A stretch of DNA of 64,000 nucleotides from Terriglobia bacterium (GTDB taxonomy: Bacteria; Acidobacteriota; Terriglobia; 2-12-FULL-54-10): positions 768,001-832,000 of the forward strand of contig CAXVYR010000003.1 in the NCBI GenBank assembly GCA_963666975.2, given 5' to 3'. Positions 10,700-21,233 of this stretch are shown here, in pieces. How positions within the stretch are numbered: position 1 is the first letter of the stretch; the number at the start of each line of letters is the position of its first letter. The notes below the pieces were generated by a model. The model saw only the letters and a list, made by a program, of their open reading frames with translations. It was not told the origin of the DNA and ran no database searches. The position numbers and the translations under genes are program-made.

Positions 10700-12029
10700 C
10701 ACTGCTGTCCGGCTAAAATTTCAGAACAGCCAACAAGTCTCATGAGAGCAAAAGGTTACGGGCATTGGAGCATTTTTCGATTTGAAATCCGCGAGGGCGA
10801 AAAATGGCTTTGAACGTAAAGACTGGGGTAGGCGACAGAATAGTGCATGAACATCGGTCGCACCGTTTTCGCTCAGCTTATGGATCACGTGCCCTCGTAC
10901 GAGTTTCACAAATGCGTCACGCGCTACCGTGGCGACGATCACCTGCGAAGCTTTTCTTGCTGGGACCAGTTTCTGGCGATGGCGTTCGCTCAGTTGACTT
11001 ACCGCGAGAGTCTCCGCGACATCGAGGCGTGTCTGCGTTCCATGACCAGCAAACTCTACCACATCGGATTGCGCGGCAACGTGGCGCGCTCGACACTGGC
11101 CGATGCCAACGAGTCGCACGACTGGCGCATCTACGCGGACTTCGCCCAGGTGTTGATCGGCATCGCACGGCCTTTGTATGCGCGCGATCCGATCGGCGTC
11201 GATCTGGATCAGAGCCTGTACGCGCTGGACTCCACCACCATCGACCTCTGCCTCTCGCTGTTTCCGTGGGCACGATTCCGCCAACACAAGGCTGCCGTCA
11301 AACTGCATACGCTGCTGGACCTGCAGGGCAACATCCCCACGTTTCTCCGCGTCACGGCCGGTGCCGTGCACGATGTCAACATCCTCGACGAGATCGTTCC
11401 GGAAGCGGGCGCGTTCTACGTGATGGATCGCGGCTACATCGACTTCGAGCGACTCTTTGTCTTCACACTCTGCTCCGCATTTTTCGTCGTGCGGACGAAA
11501 GAGAACGTCTTGCTCCAACGCCGCTATTCTCATCCAGCAGACAGAACCAGCGGCTTGCGATCCGATCATACCGTGATCCTGACCGGGAACGCCTCGGCCA
11601 GGGCATACCCCGATCCGCTACGGCGCGTTACGTACTTCGATGCAGAAACAAACAAGCGCCTGAAGTTTCTTACCAACAATTTCGTGCTACCCGCACTCAC
11701 TATCGCTCAAATCTACAAGTGCCGCTGGCAGGTGGAACTGTTCTTCAAATGGATCAAGCAGCACCTGCGAATCAAGGCATTCTATGGCACCAGCCAAAAC
11801 GCAGTGAAGACTCAAATCTGGATCGCCGTTTCGATCTATGTACTCGTGGCCATTGTCCGGAAGCGTCTCGCTTTGGAAGCCAGCCTTTACCAAATTTTAC
11901 AGATTCTCAGTGTTACTCTTTTCGAGAAAGTGCCCATTTTACAGGCCCTGGAAGCATCGGGCTCCCAAGACGATTTAGTCAGAAATCCCAACCAGTTGAT
12001 TCTGTTCGAGTTTTAACCGGACAGCAATG
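10700..12029 (+). mobile_element. Complete IS4-family element (1330 bp) with 9-bp target site duplication
   Basis: IRs CACTGCTGTCCGGCTAAAA / TTTTAACCGGACAGCAATG. ACATAATAT is duplicated at 10691-10699 and 12030-12038. Confidence 0.95.
10847..12016 (+). CDS. IS4-family DDE transposase
   Basis: ALDSTTI, VMDRGY, YKCRWQVELFFKWIKQ (YREK) motifs. Confidence 0.95.
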   Translation: MNIGRTVFAQLMDHVPSYEFHKCVTRYRGDDHLRSFSCWDQFLAMAFAQLTYRESLRDIEACLRSMTSKLYHIGLRGNVARSTLADANESHDWRIYADFAQVLIGIARPLYARDPIGVDLDQSLYALDSTTIDLCLSLFPWARFRQHKAAVKLHTLLDLQGNIPTFLRVTAGAVHDVNILDEIVPEAGAFYVMDRGYIDFERLFVFTLCSAFFVVRTKENVLLQRRYSHPADRTSGLRSDHTVILTGNASARAYPDPLRRVTYFDAETNKRLKFLTNNFVLPALTIAQIYKCRWQVELFFKWIKQHLRIKAFYGTSQNAVKTQIWIAVSIYVLVAIVRKRLALEASLYQILQILSVTLFEKVPILQALEASGSQDDLVRNPNQLILFEF

Positions 12030-12225
12030 ACATAATATAGTGACACTTAGATTCGCTGGGCGGCCTTCTATAGGGCTTTTGTAGCCTGTGGAAATGTCAC
12101 TATATTAAGAAATATTCAATAATTCTGATGCTGCCTGCCGGTCGCCGAGAAGAGCGCAGACGGCCACGGCGATTCACCTCAACACCAGGATCCAGGGGTG
12201 AGCAACTTTCCCCCGACGGAAGCCA

Positions 12226-13794
12226 TCAATCCACGTAGTATTCGTACGTGCCCGCCTGAATTTTCGCCCACTCTTTCATGATGTAGCCCCACGGGTCGGA
12301 CGCGTACTCCTTCTCATAGTCGCCCGGCACGTTGATGCCCGGAATTCCCGGAATCCAGTCGTAGCGAAGGAGTTGGTCCGGGTCGCCGTATCTTGCCGCC
12401 AGCGCTCGAACTTCGGGGTCGCTGACTGGAGCGATGATGCCTTTGTCGGTTACCGTGATCCATTCTCCTGTGTCGGCCAGTTTGTACCGCACCGTTGGGA
12501 AGTAAACATGCATGTGCATCGTGTGCTTCAGCGGCAGTCCGTTCGCCTCCGCATAGGCGACGTCCTGAGGGTCCATGCGGCGCGAGGCTGGATGGGAGTA
12601 CGCGAAGTGCTGCACACCGGCGCGGTTCCGTTCCGCCATGTTCGCCCACGTCTGCGTTCCGTTTTTCAGATACTCGACATCTCGGACCGCCTTCGGGTTG
12701 GTTCCAAATCCATCCTGCATTAGGTACCAATATCCCGGTTCAGGAGCCGTAGGGAAGTTAGCGTTCTTGAACTTGGGGTGCTCCAGGAGCATTCGGAAGA
12801 TGTCGCTGGTTTTTCCGCCACCGTCTACGCGCTCCACGCGGCCATTTTCACTCAAATAGACGGTCATGGCTGGCTGGAACCCCGTGTGGTTGGCCGCAGC
12901 GCGAATGACTCCTTTCTTCCACGTTGCCCCTGTCGCCGGCGGATAGATGTTCAGGTGTCCTTCAATGCCGGTCCGCTGACTCCAGAAACGGGTCTGCTCC
13001 GGTGTCAATGTCCAATGCAGATCAGTACCTTCCGGGTCCGTAAACGTGCCTTCCATTACATGCGGGATTGGCGCCACCATGCGGTCGTCGAGTAAGTTCC
13101 AAACGTCACCCGGGAAGCCAGCGAACTTGCTTAGCAGCTCCTGTGGCGACTCGTAAATCCAGTTGCCCAACTGAATCTTGTCCTCATGGCGTTCACCCGC
13201 ATGACGAGCGGCGGCGCCCCTTCCCCCGATTCCGGCAAAATAGAATTTAATCTCCGGATGCTCATCAAGATACTCGCCAATGTTCGGCCAGATGAAGTAG
13301 TCAGAGAGCTGCAGCCCAAACTCCTCCCGAAGGTCCGCTGGCAGAAACGGCATGTATGCGGGTTCGAAGACTCCAATCTCTTTCCACCCTTCGTTGCCAT
13401 AAATCAGGCTCGTCTTTCCCCACTCCTTGTACTCTTCTTCCGTGAGCCCTGTCAGCGTCCAGGAAGGAATCGCCACCGCAGTGACGCCTCGCTCCGCCCA
13501 CGCCTGCTTGACCGCATCCCAAACTTGAGGATCTTGTGCCCATCGGAGAAAGACGTGCACGGTCTGCCCCCTCTGGAGCTTGCCGAGCGGCGCGCGGCCA
13601 TAAACCTGCCGTACGGCAATGCGGGCCGCTTCAAGCAGTTGTTCTTGACTCAGATTTACCAAGTGGCTCGGGTAGGCCGGCTTGGGATACTGCTCGCGGG
13701 ACGGTGCTTGCGCCGTTAACGGCCTTGAGAACCCGACTCCGAGCAGGACAGCCATCCCAATCCACAAACCGATAACGTAATATCGTTTTTTCAT
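12226..13794 (-). CDS. Secreted protein, distant M29 aminopeptidase/NicX-like metalloenzyme fold
   Basis: Signal peptide (..PLTA-Q). DGFGTNPK, ERNRAGVQH and HTMHMH resemble the M29 ExGIGTNP / EKxxGxxH / HxD motifs. Paralog of the next gene. Confidence 0.6.
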   Translation of the reverse strand: MKKRYYVIGLWIGMAVLLGVGFSRPLTAQAPSREQYPKPAYPSHLVNLSQEQLLEAARIAVRQVYGRAPLGKLQRGQTVHVFLRWAQDPQVWDAVKQAWAERGVTAVAIPSWTLTGLTEEEYKEWGKTSLIYGNEGWKEIGVFEPAYMPFLPADLREEFGLQLSDYFIWPNIGEYLDEHPEIKFYFAGIGGRGAAARHAGERHEDKIQLGNWIYESPQELLSKFAGFPGDVWNLLDDRMVAPIPHVMEGTFTDPEGTDLHWTLTPEQTRFWSQRTGIEGHLNIYPPATGATWKKGVIRAAANHTGFQPAMTVYLSENGRVERVDGGGKTSDIFRMLLEHPKFKNANFPTAPEPGYWYLMQDGFGTNPKAVRDVEYLKNGTQTWANMAERNRAGVQHFAYSHPASRRMDPQDVAYAEANGLPLKHTMHMHVYFPTVRYKLADTGEWITVTDKGIIAPVSDPEVRALAARYGDPDQLLRYDWIPGIPGINVPGDYEKEYASDPWGYIMKEWAKIQAGTYEYYVD

Positions 13795-13873
13795 AGTACC
13801 TCCTTAGGAATCGACTGAGTTAAATCAGCCCGCACGCCGCAGCGTTTCCGCATTAGCGCGTTCTCGTATGTGT

Positions 13874-15457
13874 CTAATAGTCGTCCAGGTAAAATTCGTA
13901 GGTGCCAGCTTGAATCTTGGCCCACTCCTTCATCAGGTACCCCCAAGGATCGCGGCCATACTCGCGCTCGTGGTCACCCGGAATATTGATGCCCGGGATG
14001 GCTGGAATCCATTCGTAACGCAGGATGTTATCCGGGTCGCCGTACCTTGACGTAAGCGCCCGGATCTCAGGGTCTTCGAACGCTTTCAGGATGCCCTTAT
14101 CCGCTATGGTGATCCATTCCCCCGTGTCCGCCAGCATCCACCGGACCGTCGAAAAGAACACGTGCATGTGCATCGTGTGTTGCAAGGGGATCCCCTGGGC
14201 TCTCGCGTAGGATTCGTCCTCGGGAGTCTTCGCCGGGTGGCTGAATGAGAAGTGCTGTACGCCTGCCCGATTCCGCTCCGCCATATTTGCCCAGCTCTGA
14301 CTTCCCTTAATCAAAAGGGGCACGTCCCGAACGGCCTTCGGATTCGTCCCAAATCCGTCAGAGTTCAAGTACCAGTAGCCCGGCACGGAGGTGGACGGGA
14401 ACTGCGCGTTCATGAACTTCGGATGCTCTATGAGCATGCGGAATAACTCGCCCGTGCGGCCGCCACCTTCAACGCGCAACACCCTTCCATGCTCGTCGAT
14501 GTGCACCCGCTGCAACTCTTGATACCCGATATGGTTCGATGCGGCTGCAACAACCCCGCCCGGCTTCCAGGTGGCGCGAGGGGGATCGGGGTATACCGAA
14601 AGATGACCCGGACTCACATCTCTGCTGGCCCACCTCCGTGTTCCCTCCGGCGTCAGGGTCCAGTGCAAATTCGTTCCCTGCGGATCGGTGAAGGTCCCTT
14701 CCGAGACGTGCGCCTTCGGCGCTACGACCCGGTCATCGACCAGACTCCACACGTCACCGGGGAAGGCCGCGAACTTACTGAGCAACTCGTGTTGGGTTTC
14801 ATAGGTCCAGTTTCCCATAAACTTACGCCCGTGCTTGCCCGCCGCCGACCGGTTACGGCCTCGTCCCCCGACGCCCATGAAGTAGCGCTCGATCTCGGGG
14901 TGCTTGTCGAGATAGGGCTCGACGTTCTTGTGTAGGAAGTACAGCGAGAGCGGCTGCCCGAAACTTTTCTGTATGTCCGGAGGGAAGAACTGGAGGTATG
15001 CCGGCTCGAAAAAAGCAAGCTCTTTCCAGCCTTCATGTCCATGGATCAGATTCGTGGGATTTTCCGTCTCCGCCCACTGCTTCATTTGGGCCTGGGTCAT
15101 CCCGGGCAGCTCCCAGGGCTGTATCCTCACTGCCGTCACGCCACGGTCCGCCCACGCCTGCTTGATCGCCTCCCAGACGGCCATGTCCTGCTGGTGTTCT
15201 TGGAATACATGCACTGTCTGCCCGCTTTGCACCTTGCCGAGCGGCGCGCGGCCATAAACCTGCCGTACGGCGATTTGCGCTGCCTGAAGGAGCTGGTTCG
15301 GGTCTGGCTTCACTAGATAGCGCGGGAAGGCGGGTCGGGGATAAGTCGCTCTTGGCGGTGCCTGCGCCACAAGGGTAACACCAACCAGGACGTAGACCAT
15401 CGCCAATACCGCACACACTTTCCACAAGCGCCCGGACCGTCTCAAGCTGGCTGTCAT
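13874..15457 (-). CDS. Secreted protein, distant M29 aminopeptidase/NicX-like fold (paralog)
   Basis: Signal peptide (..TLVA-Q), the same motifs as 12226..13794, GGAGG RBS. Confidence 0.6.
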   Translation of the reverse strand: MTASLRRSGRLWKVCAVLAMVYVLVGVTLVAQAPPRATYPRPAFPRYLVKPDPNQLLQAAQIAVRQVYGRAPLGKVQSGQTVHVFQEHQQDMAVWEAIKQAWADRGVTAVRIQPWELPGMTQAQMKQWAETENPTNLIHGHEGWKELAFFEPAYLQFFPPDIQKSFGQPLSLYFLHKNVEPYLDKHPEIERYFMGVGGRGRNRSAAGKHGRKFMGNWTYETQHELLSKFAAFPGDVWSLVDDRVVAPKAHVSEGTFTDPQGTNLHWTLTPEGTRRWASRDVSPGHLSVYPDPPRATWKPGGVVAAASNHIGYQELQRVHIDEHGRVLRVEGGGRTGELFRMLIEHPKFMNAQFPSTSVPGYWYLNSDGFGTNPKAVRDVPLLIKGSQSWANMAERNRAGVQHFSFSHPAKTPEDESYARAQGIPLQHTMHMHVFFSTVRWMLADTGEWITIADKGILKAFEDPEIRALTSRYGDPDNILRYEWIPAIPGINIPGDHEREYGRDPWGYLMKEWAKIQAGTYEFYLDDY

Positions 15458-15921
15458 AGGCGTCCTCCTCCCTTGATGCCTCCTCGGTCGTCAGAACGAG
15501 GCGACGTATGGTAATTGGATTGGATGACATCTCACCACAGTGTCACCCCTCATTCAAAACAGGCTTTCCGACTGTCCGATCGTTGGAATTTCCCTGCGAG
15601 GCAATCTGAAGCCCAAAAGCTTTTTTTTACATCCTGTTCGGTTGTACCAGAATCCTTTGTCTGAGGTTTTTGGCAACGAGAGTTCGTTGTGTTGATCCTT
15701 TGCTAGCTTGCGAACGAGACCCCTTTTTTTCGCTCGATACAGCCGGAATTAGTTTTGGGGCCCTTCCGCACTCGTGAGTATACGCCATTTATCTCCAACT
15801 GAACCCTTCCAGTGCAGTTTTGTTCTCCGGGGGCTCCGAGCGGTTTTCTTCGGCTCCTAAAAACCCGTCGGCCCGGCAACCAGAACCAGCTTTTTCAGAC
15901 ACCTCCCCATTCCTGGGGGAT

Positions 15922-16195
15922 AGGTGCCCGTCTTGGCTCGTACGAGGTCCTCAGCCCGCTAGGTGTGGGCGGTATGGGAGAGGTGTATAAAGCCAGGGAC
16001 ACCCGCCTGGACCGCACAGTAGCCGTCAAGGTTTTGCCCTCTCCCCTTGCAGACAAGCCCCAACTGCGCGAGCGATTCGGGCGGGAAGCCAGAACCGTCT
16101 CTAGTTTGAACCATCCGCACATCTGCACTCTGTACGACATCGGCCAGCAGGACGGGATTCACTACTTGGTCATGGAGTGCCTGTCGCGCGACTAA
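15922..16195 (+). pseudogene. Ser/Thr protein kinase N-lobe fragment
   Basis: LGSYEVLSPLGVGGMGEVYKARDTRLDRTVAVKVL..EARTVSSLNHPHIC..YLVME then stop. No start codon and no catalytic loop. Confidence 0.85.
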
Positions 16196-16327
16196 GACGG
16201 AGAATTCGAACCGTAGCGTTCCCCGATAACCTGCCCGTTAGCCTCGTTGAAGCAGACCTGCCATGTTGGTAGAATTCAAAAGAAAAAGATCCGGCTCGCG
16301 AATGATTCAGTATAGAAGGGACGGACG

Positions 16328-18115
16328 ATGATGATTTCTTGGCAAAGACATTTCTACATTCTTGCATTCTTGCTCGCCTTAACGGTGGGCCAGCAAGTTG
16401 GCTGGTCTCAGGGAAGCGCCGGAAACAAACCGCTGGTTTTGAAGGGCGCCACGTTGATTGACGGTACCGGGAAGCCGGCTGTACCAGATGCGGTGATCCT
16501 GATCGAGGGAGATAGAATCGCCGCAGTCGGCGGACGGCAGACTAATTACCCGCCAGACGCCACCGTCGTGGACCTTACCGGGAACTTTGTGATACCGGGA
16601 CTCGTAGATAGTCACGTCCATTACCGGCCCTGGCTCGGGGAGTTGTTTCTCAATCACGGGGTAACGACGGTATTCGCAATGCAACCCAGGGATACGTACG
16701 GAGAAGCTTATTACCAGCTCTCTCAAAGACCGGATGTCCGGACGCCCCGGCTCTACGATAATGGGGCCAACCTCGCGCTGTCTCCGTCCATGACCCGGGA
16801 GCAGGTTCGCGAACAGATCCAGAACTGGCTGAAGAGAGAACCGGAGTTTGCCAAGATGCCCCCCTATAATGAACGGATCAAACAGCCATACCAATGGATG
16901 GCGGAGGAAATCCACGCCGCAGGACTGCTGACCTATGGTCACGCGGAAGACTGCCGGGCGGCCGTCGAGGCGGGACTGAACGTGGTGGAGCATGTCTGGG
17001 GATGCGCCAAGTTCTTAATGTCGCGGGAGGAGTTGGAAAGCTTCGAACGGGGCGAGTCCTTGCACTGGGGTCTATTCTTGAAAGATAAGGCGCGCAGGGA
17101 CCAGTTGATCCAACAGGTGATTCAGCGCGGAGGAAACTTCCTCAATCCGACGTTCGTGTATGAATTCGGTTCGCAATCCACTATGGCTTCCCAATTCGAG
17201 GCCGACATCGACGCCATCTTTAGAAACTCAACGGTGATGGCTTACTACCCGGCCAATCTTGCGGACGGATTGCGAATTAAATTCCAACTCGCCCGAAATT
17301 ATTCGAAGAAGTTCGGCACGATGGTGCATCTCTCTCACCTGAATGACAGGGAATTGCAGCAATCGAAAGAGGCCTACCGGCTGACCGGCGAGTTTACAAA
17401 GCGGTGGATCGAATTAGGCGGCAAAGTGATCGGCGGTTCGGATTCCCCCTCAATCGGCACCGCGGGGCTCTCTCTGCATATGGAGATGGCGATGCTGGTG
17501 GAAAGCGGGCTGACGCCGATGCAGGCGCTGCAAGCGGCCGGTGTGTGGGGCGCCGAACTGCTAACGGCGAAGCGCAAGAAGACTCCGAGGCATATGGTTG
17601 GATCGGTAACGGAGGGGGCCTTTGCAGACCTCGTTGTTCTTTCCGCCAATCCCTTGGATGCGATCGGAAACACACGGAAGATCGAGCGGGTAATGAAGGG
17701 CGGGAAGTTTGTGAAGTTAGGCTATTCGCCTGATTACGCCTCTGCCCCAGCGGGCATCATCACAGCGACCCCATACATCCTGGCGCCGGAGATCAGCGCG
17801 ATTACACCCAGCCGGGTTGTCGCGGGGAATCCGGAATTCGAGTTGGTGGTGGACGGCGAGGGCTTTCTTCCGAATTCGGTTGTTCAAGCGGATGGCGCTG
17901 CCGTACCGACGGCTTTTGTGGACATACGCACCTTGAAAGCCAGGATGCCGGCCAGCATTGTCGCACAGCCCATTCCGAATCGGTTCGTGCTGTACACAAA
18001 CCCGGAACAGCGCGTAGATGTCTATGGAGATCGTACCGTGAAAATCACGGTCTTTACCGGCCCCCCGGATGGCGGGCTTTCTAACAGTGTCTCGCTGAAA
18101 GTGATTGCCAAGTGA
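16328..18115 (+). CDS. Secreted amidohydrolase with C-terminal IPT/TIG (Ig-like) domain
   Basis: Signal peptide; PGLVDSHVH, GHAE, EHVWG, GSDSP, ADLVVLSANP; tail PEISAITPS..LVVDGEGFLPNSVV. Confidence 0.85.
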   Translation: MMISWQRHFYILAFLLALTVGQQVGWSQGSAGNKPLVLKGATLIDGTGKPAVPDAVILIEGDRIAAVGGRQTNYPPDATVVDLTGNFVIPGLVDSHVHYRPWLGELFLNHGVTTVFAMQPRDTYGEAYYQLSQRPDVRTPRLYDNGANLALSPSMTREQVREQIQNWLKREPEFAKMPPYNERIKQPYQWMAEEIHAAGLLTYGHAEDCRAAVEAGLNVVEHVWGCAKFLMSREELESFERGESLHWGLFLKDKARRDQLIQQVIQRGGNFLNPTFVYEFGSQSTMASQFEADIDAIFRNSTVMAYYPANLADGLRIKFQLARNYSKKFGTMVHLSHLNDRELQQSKEAYRLTGEFTKRWIELGGKVIGGSDSPSIGTAGLSLHMEMAMLVESGLTPMQALQAAGVWGAELLTAKRKKTPRHMVGSVTEGAFADLVVLSANPLDAIGNTRKIERVMKGGKFVKLGYSPDYASAPAGIITATPYILAPEISAITPSRVVAGNPEFELVVDGEGFLPNSVVQADGAAVPTAFVDIRTLKARMPASIVAQPIPNRFVLYTNPEQRVDVYGDRTVKITVFTGPPDGGLSNSVSLKVIAK

Positions 18116-18267
18116 CTGGCTGAAAAAAGTCAGTGAGGAAAACGCGGAATACTATTGCGGATTTCAACGCAGTGACGCAGCAGGTGCGAAACGGAGCGGG
18201 CAAAGCGGTCACACCGCCAGACCACCACAGCATCCAATCCGCGGCGCCCGATTTTGCAGCGGACTGC

Positions 18268-18675
18268 TGACTCAGGACACTAGTGAGAGAGCTTATATTA
18301 CAGCCTGGGGCGGGTGAGCCTGGTTTTCTTGGCAAAGGAAGGCTAAAGATCCCCAAGTACCGGGGATCTATAGCCCAGTGCCGAGTGTGGCCGCACCGTG
18401 CTGAATTCCTTCCTCCATCCCTCGATCACTATTTGCGCCTCCTTCAACGAATAAAAAATCTCTCCGTTCAGACATTCATCCCGCAGCTCTGAGAGTGGAT
18501 TCCGGCTTCTTGGCATGCTTGGGGGACCGTCTTCCCGCTCGCGATCTGTACTTCGATCTGCCGTAGGCCTGTTACGATCTGTTCCGGTTAGTTCTTCTGG
18601 ATTGACATGACCTTCTTTCCTCCTTGATGAGATTCTCTCTCACTGCAGGTGCTGCAAAAAGAGCCGGTCAGGTCA
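18268..18675 (-). mobile_element. Internally deleted IS3-family element
   Basis: The minus strand joins the orfA start (PEQIVTGLRQIEVQIASGKTVPQACQEAGI) directly to the orfB end (LRDECLNGEIFYSLKEAQIVIEGWRKEFSTVRPHSALGY). TG...CA ends. Confidence 0.75.
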
Positions 18676-18834
18676 CTAATCAGCGGGCACAAAACTTTGT
18701 CCGTTTATCAGCGATGCCGGATCACGCCAGAGAAAGACATCCGGGAAGCCCTGGCACGGACACAGGCCGGGAATGCGGAAAACAGAGACCGGCGCGTTGC
18801 ATCGATTGCAAAGGCCGGAGATTCCGAAAAATGA
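18676..18834 (+). pseudogene. Tyrosine recombinase C-terminal remnant
   Basis: LISGHKTLSVYQRCRITPEKDIREA resembles the integrase box II GH..Y tail. Adjacent to the tRNA 3' end. Confidence 0.6.
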
Positions 18835-18927
18835 ACCCCACCTGCACAAATTCCGCACAATCTGCACCCCAATCGGGCAGTGCCTTTTCTGCCGAACTGC
18901 CAACTTGTTGATTTATAGGGAAAGAGT

Positions 18928-19003
<76 letters not shown>

Positions 19004-19018
19004 TTAATAAGTTACGGC

Positions 19019-19330
19019 TTATCTAGCCGTTGATGTAGCGGATATTGTAGCGGGTAGCTGTAATTTATTTTCCTTTTGAAGTCCAGTAATCGTTGTTTCA
19101 TTGAGGTCTTCCAGGCGCTCAAAGGCCCGCTCTATTGCCTCCGGGCTCGGATGAACATACCGCTGAGAAACGGTCACGGTGGAATGTCCCATGAAGTTGC
19201 TCAATCTCAAAAGCATCTGCACGCGCCTCGCCCATGCGAGTGCCGAAGATATGCCTCAGGGAGTGTACCACAAAGTCCTTTGGCAGGCGAAGCAGTGCCC
19301 TCACGCCGAGTTCGTGGCCGTTGCCCTAGC
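19019..19330 (-). pseudogene. Frameshifted tyrosine recombinase C-terminal remnant
   Basis: FVVHSLRHIFGTRMGEA (HxLR) in one frame and MGHSTVTVSQRYVHP in another. Confidence 0.8.
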
Positions 19331-19678
19331 TTCGAGCCTGGCTTTTACCCTGGACGTTAGGCAAAGGTTACGTTTGGCAAACTTCGATTTACCTGCTCCA
19401 GTTTCCTCTGATTTACTATCTCATCTTGTGTAATCTTCCCCCATTCATTTCAATCAGACGGGATAACAAGGTGGCGGTTTCCCTGGGTATAAATCTTCCT
19501 TTTGAACCGCCATACCAAACCAAAGTAGTCCGGGCAATTTGCGCTTGACACGACAGGGTGGGAGGCATAGGTTTTCAGGTGAAGAAGCCGGTCTGTTGTA
19601 TGCTTGCAGTTGAACGGCAACCTGGAATGGAAATCCCGGTTCACACGGTTTTTTGAGTCCGAGGAGGGAATCGTTCCG

Positions 19679-20551
19679 ATGCACAGACTCGTAGTTTTTC
19701 TGTTGATTGCACCGTTGATCGTGTTGAGTTGCTCCTCACCCGGTCCGGAAGTAACCTCGCCGGAAGCAGCACCGCCGGAAGTTGCTGCGCCGAGTCCCGG
19801 GAGGGAGGTCATAAATCGAATGATCGAAGCTCACGGAGGGCTGGAGAGATGGCGATCTGCACCGACGGTGAGCTTTGATATCACTTCCGAGCCCGATGGA
19901 AAGGATTTTCGAGTGATGGTGGAGCAGGGAGCGCGCCGTGCTTACCATGATTATCGAAGGTCGGCCGCTCATCCGGCAAAGGAAGCCTGGATTTCCTGGG
20001 ACGGAAAGCAGGCTTGGAGCGAGAATTATTTAGATCCTACGTCGACACGGATAGCTCGTGGGTCGCCACGGATAGTTGCGCTGCTCAATTACTACTTCTT
20101 TAATCTTCCTTGGGTGGCGGCAGACCCGGGTGTGATCCTGAGTGCGCCGGGAACCGGCAGATTCTGGGAGGACCCGACTGAATACATCACGGTGAAAATG
20201 ACTTTTGAACCCGACGTGGGCGACTCGCCCAACGACATTTTCGTTCTGTATATTGATCCAACCAGCTACCGCCTGAGGGCGACCGAATACAACTTTACCT
20301 ACTCTGGCGTCCGTGGACCCCCGAGAATTGCGATTTACGAAGAGTTCACGACAGTAGACGGGCTTACCGTTCCGACGGTTATTTCAATTTATGGCACGGG
20401 AGAGGTCCATCATAGCGAAGACCGCGAGCTTCATTCACGCCGAGAGGCAAGAAACTGGTCATTCCATGAACTATTTGATGAATCGCGGATGGTCATGCCG
20501 CCCAATGCGGAGGTCGATACAAATCTTCCCGTGAAGGAAATTTCACAATAG
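19679..20551 (+). CDS. Lipoprotein of unknown function (DUF6503-like)
   Basis: Lipobox IVLS-C; MIEAHGGLERW and YYFFNLPW motifs; GGAGG RBS. Family name recalled, not searched. Confidence 0.65.
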   Translation: MHRLVVFLLIAPLIVLSCSSPGPEVTSPEAAPPEVAAPSPGREVINRMIEAHGGLERWRSAPTVSFDITSEPDGKDFRVMVEQGARRAYHDYRRSAAHPAKEAWISWDGKQAWSENYLDPTSTRIARGSPRIVALLNYYFFNLPWVAADPGVILSAPGTGRFWEDPTEYITVKMTFEPDVGDSPNDIFVLYIDPTSYRLRATEYNFTYSGVRGPPRIAIYEEFTTVDGLTVPTVISIYGTGEVHHSEDRELHSRREARNWSFHELFDESRMVMPPNAEVDTNLPVKEISQ

Positions 20552-20789
20552 GCCTATCAGTAGTTGAAACCTCACACGGCGGCATGATCTCGGGAGGTTT
20601 GAAGGCATCAGCCGGTCAAGTTCGCTGATTACCGGAGCACAGAGTCCCTGTACGCTCCTTTGGACCCAATGGGAAACATCTCACCGTACTGGCGACAATT
20701 GCTTTCCCCTCCCCCCCCGTGAAATCTTCCTCCCATTATCTTCAATCCAGTGGGGGGGGTAATCCGTGCCCATATCCCCAGGTGCCCGT

Positions 20790-20927
20790 CTAGCAGCTTG
20801 TTGAAAAAAGAATTTTGAATGGCTCCACGAGTACGCAAATCCTTGTAACCCATTGATCCTGAGTTCGGCGAAATTCCCAAAATTCGGTTTTCAGACCGGC
20901 GAAAATGATTTTTCAACAAGCTGCTAG
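20790..20927. mobile_element. MITE with CTAG-flanked inverted repeats
   Basis: CTAG-CAGCTTGTTGAAAAA ... TTTTTCAACAAGCTG-CTAG. Confidence 0.75.
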
Positions 20928-21233
20928 GTCTTGCCCGCTGGTGGAATCTGGAAATACAAACCGGCCTGTAACCGATAGAATGGAGGTAGTCTCTTGTATA
21001 CTCTCATGTGATCGGAACCTAAATAAATGAAATTCGGATTAAGATTTTGTTGATCTTCGTGGGTGGAAAAACCGTGTTCCAGGTCCCAACTTACTAAATC
21101 TGCTGAACCCCAACAGTGTTTGCGCAGATGGGGACCTCATGAGAAGACTTTTGGCCGCTCACGATCTGTACACGGCGGACAAGCCCCTCGAGTTTGTTCT
21201 CCAATCTTTTTTATCACCAACAGGAGGGACACC

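Noticed and set aside
10721-12030. Long alternative ORFs overlapping the IS4 transposase (408 aa on +, 282 aa on -)
   Set aside because: Shadow frames of a GC-rich transposase with no recognisable motifs.
15812-16195. Intact small kinase
   Set aside because: It lacks the catalytic loop and DFG motif, and its 5' part is repeat-derived; treated as a fragment.
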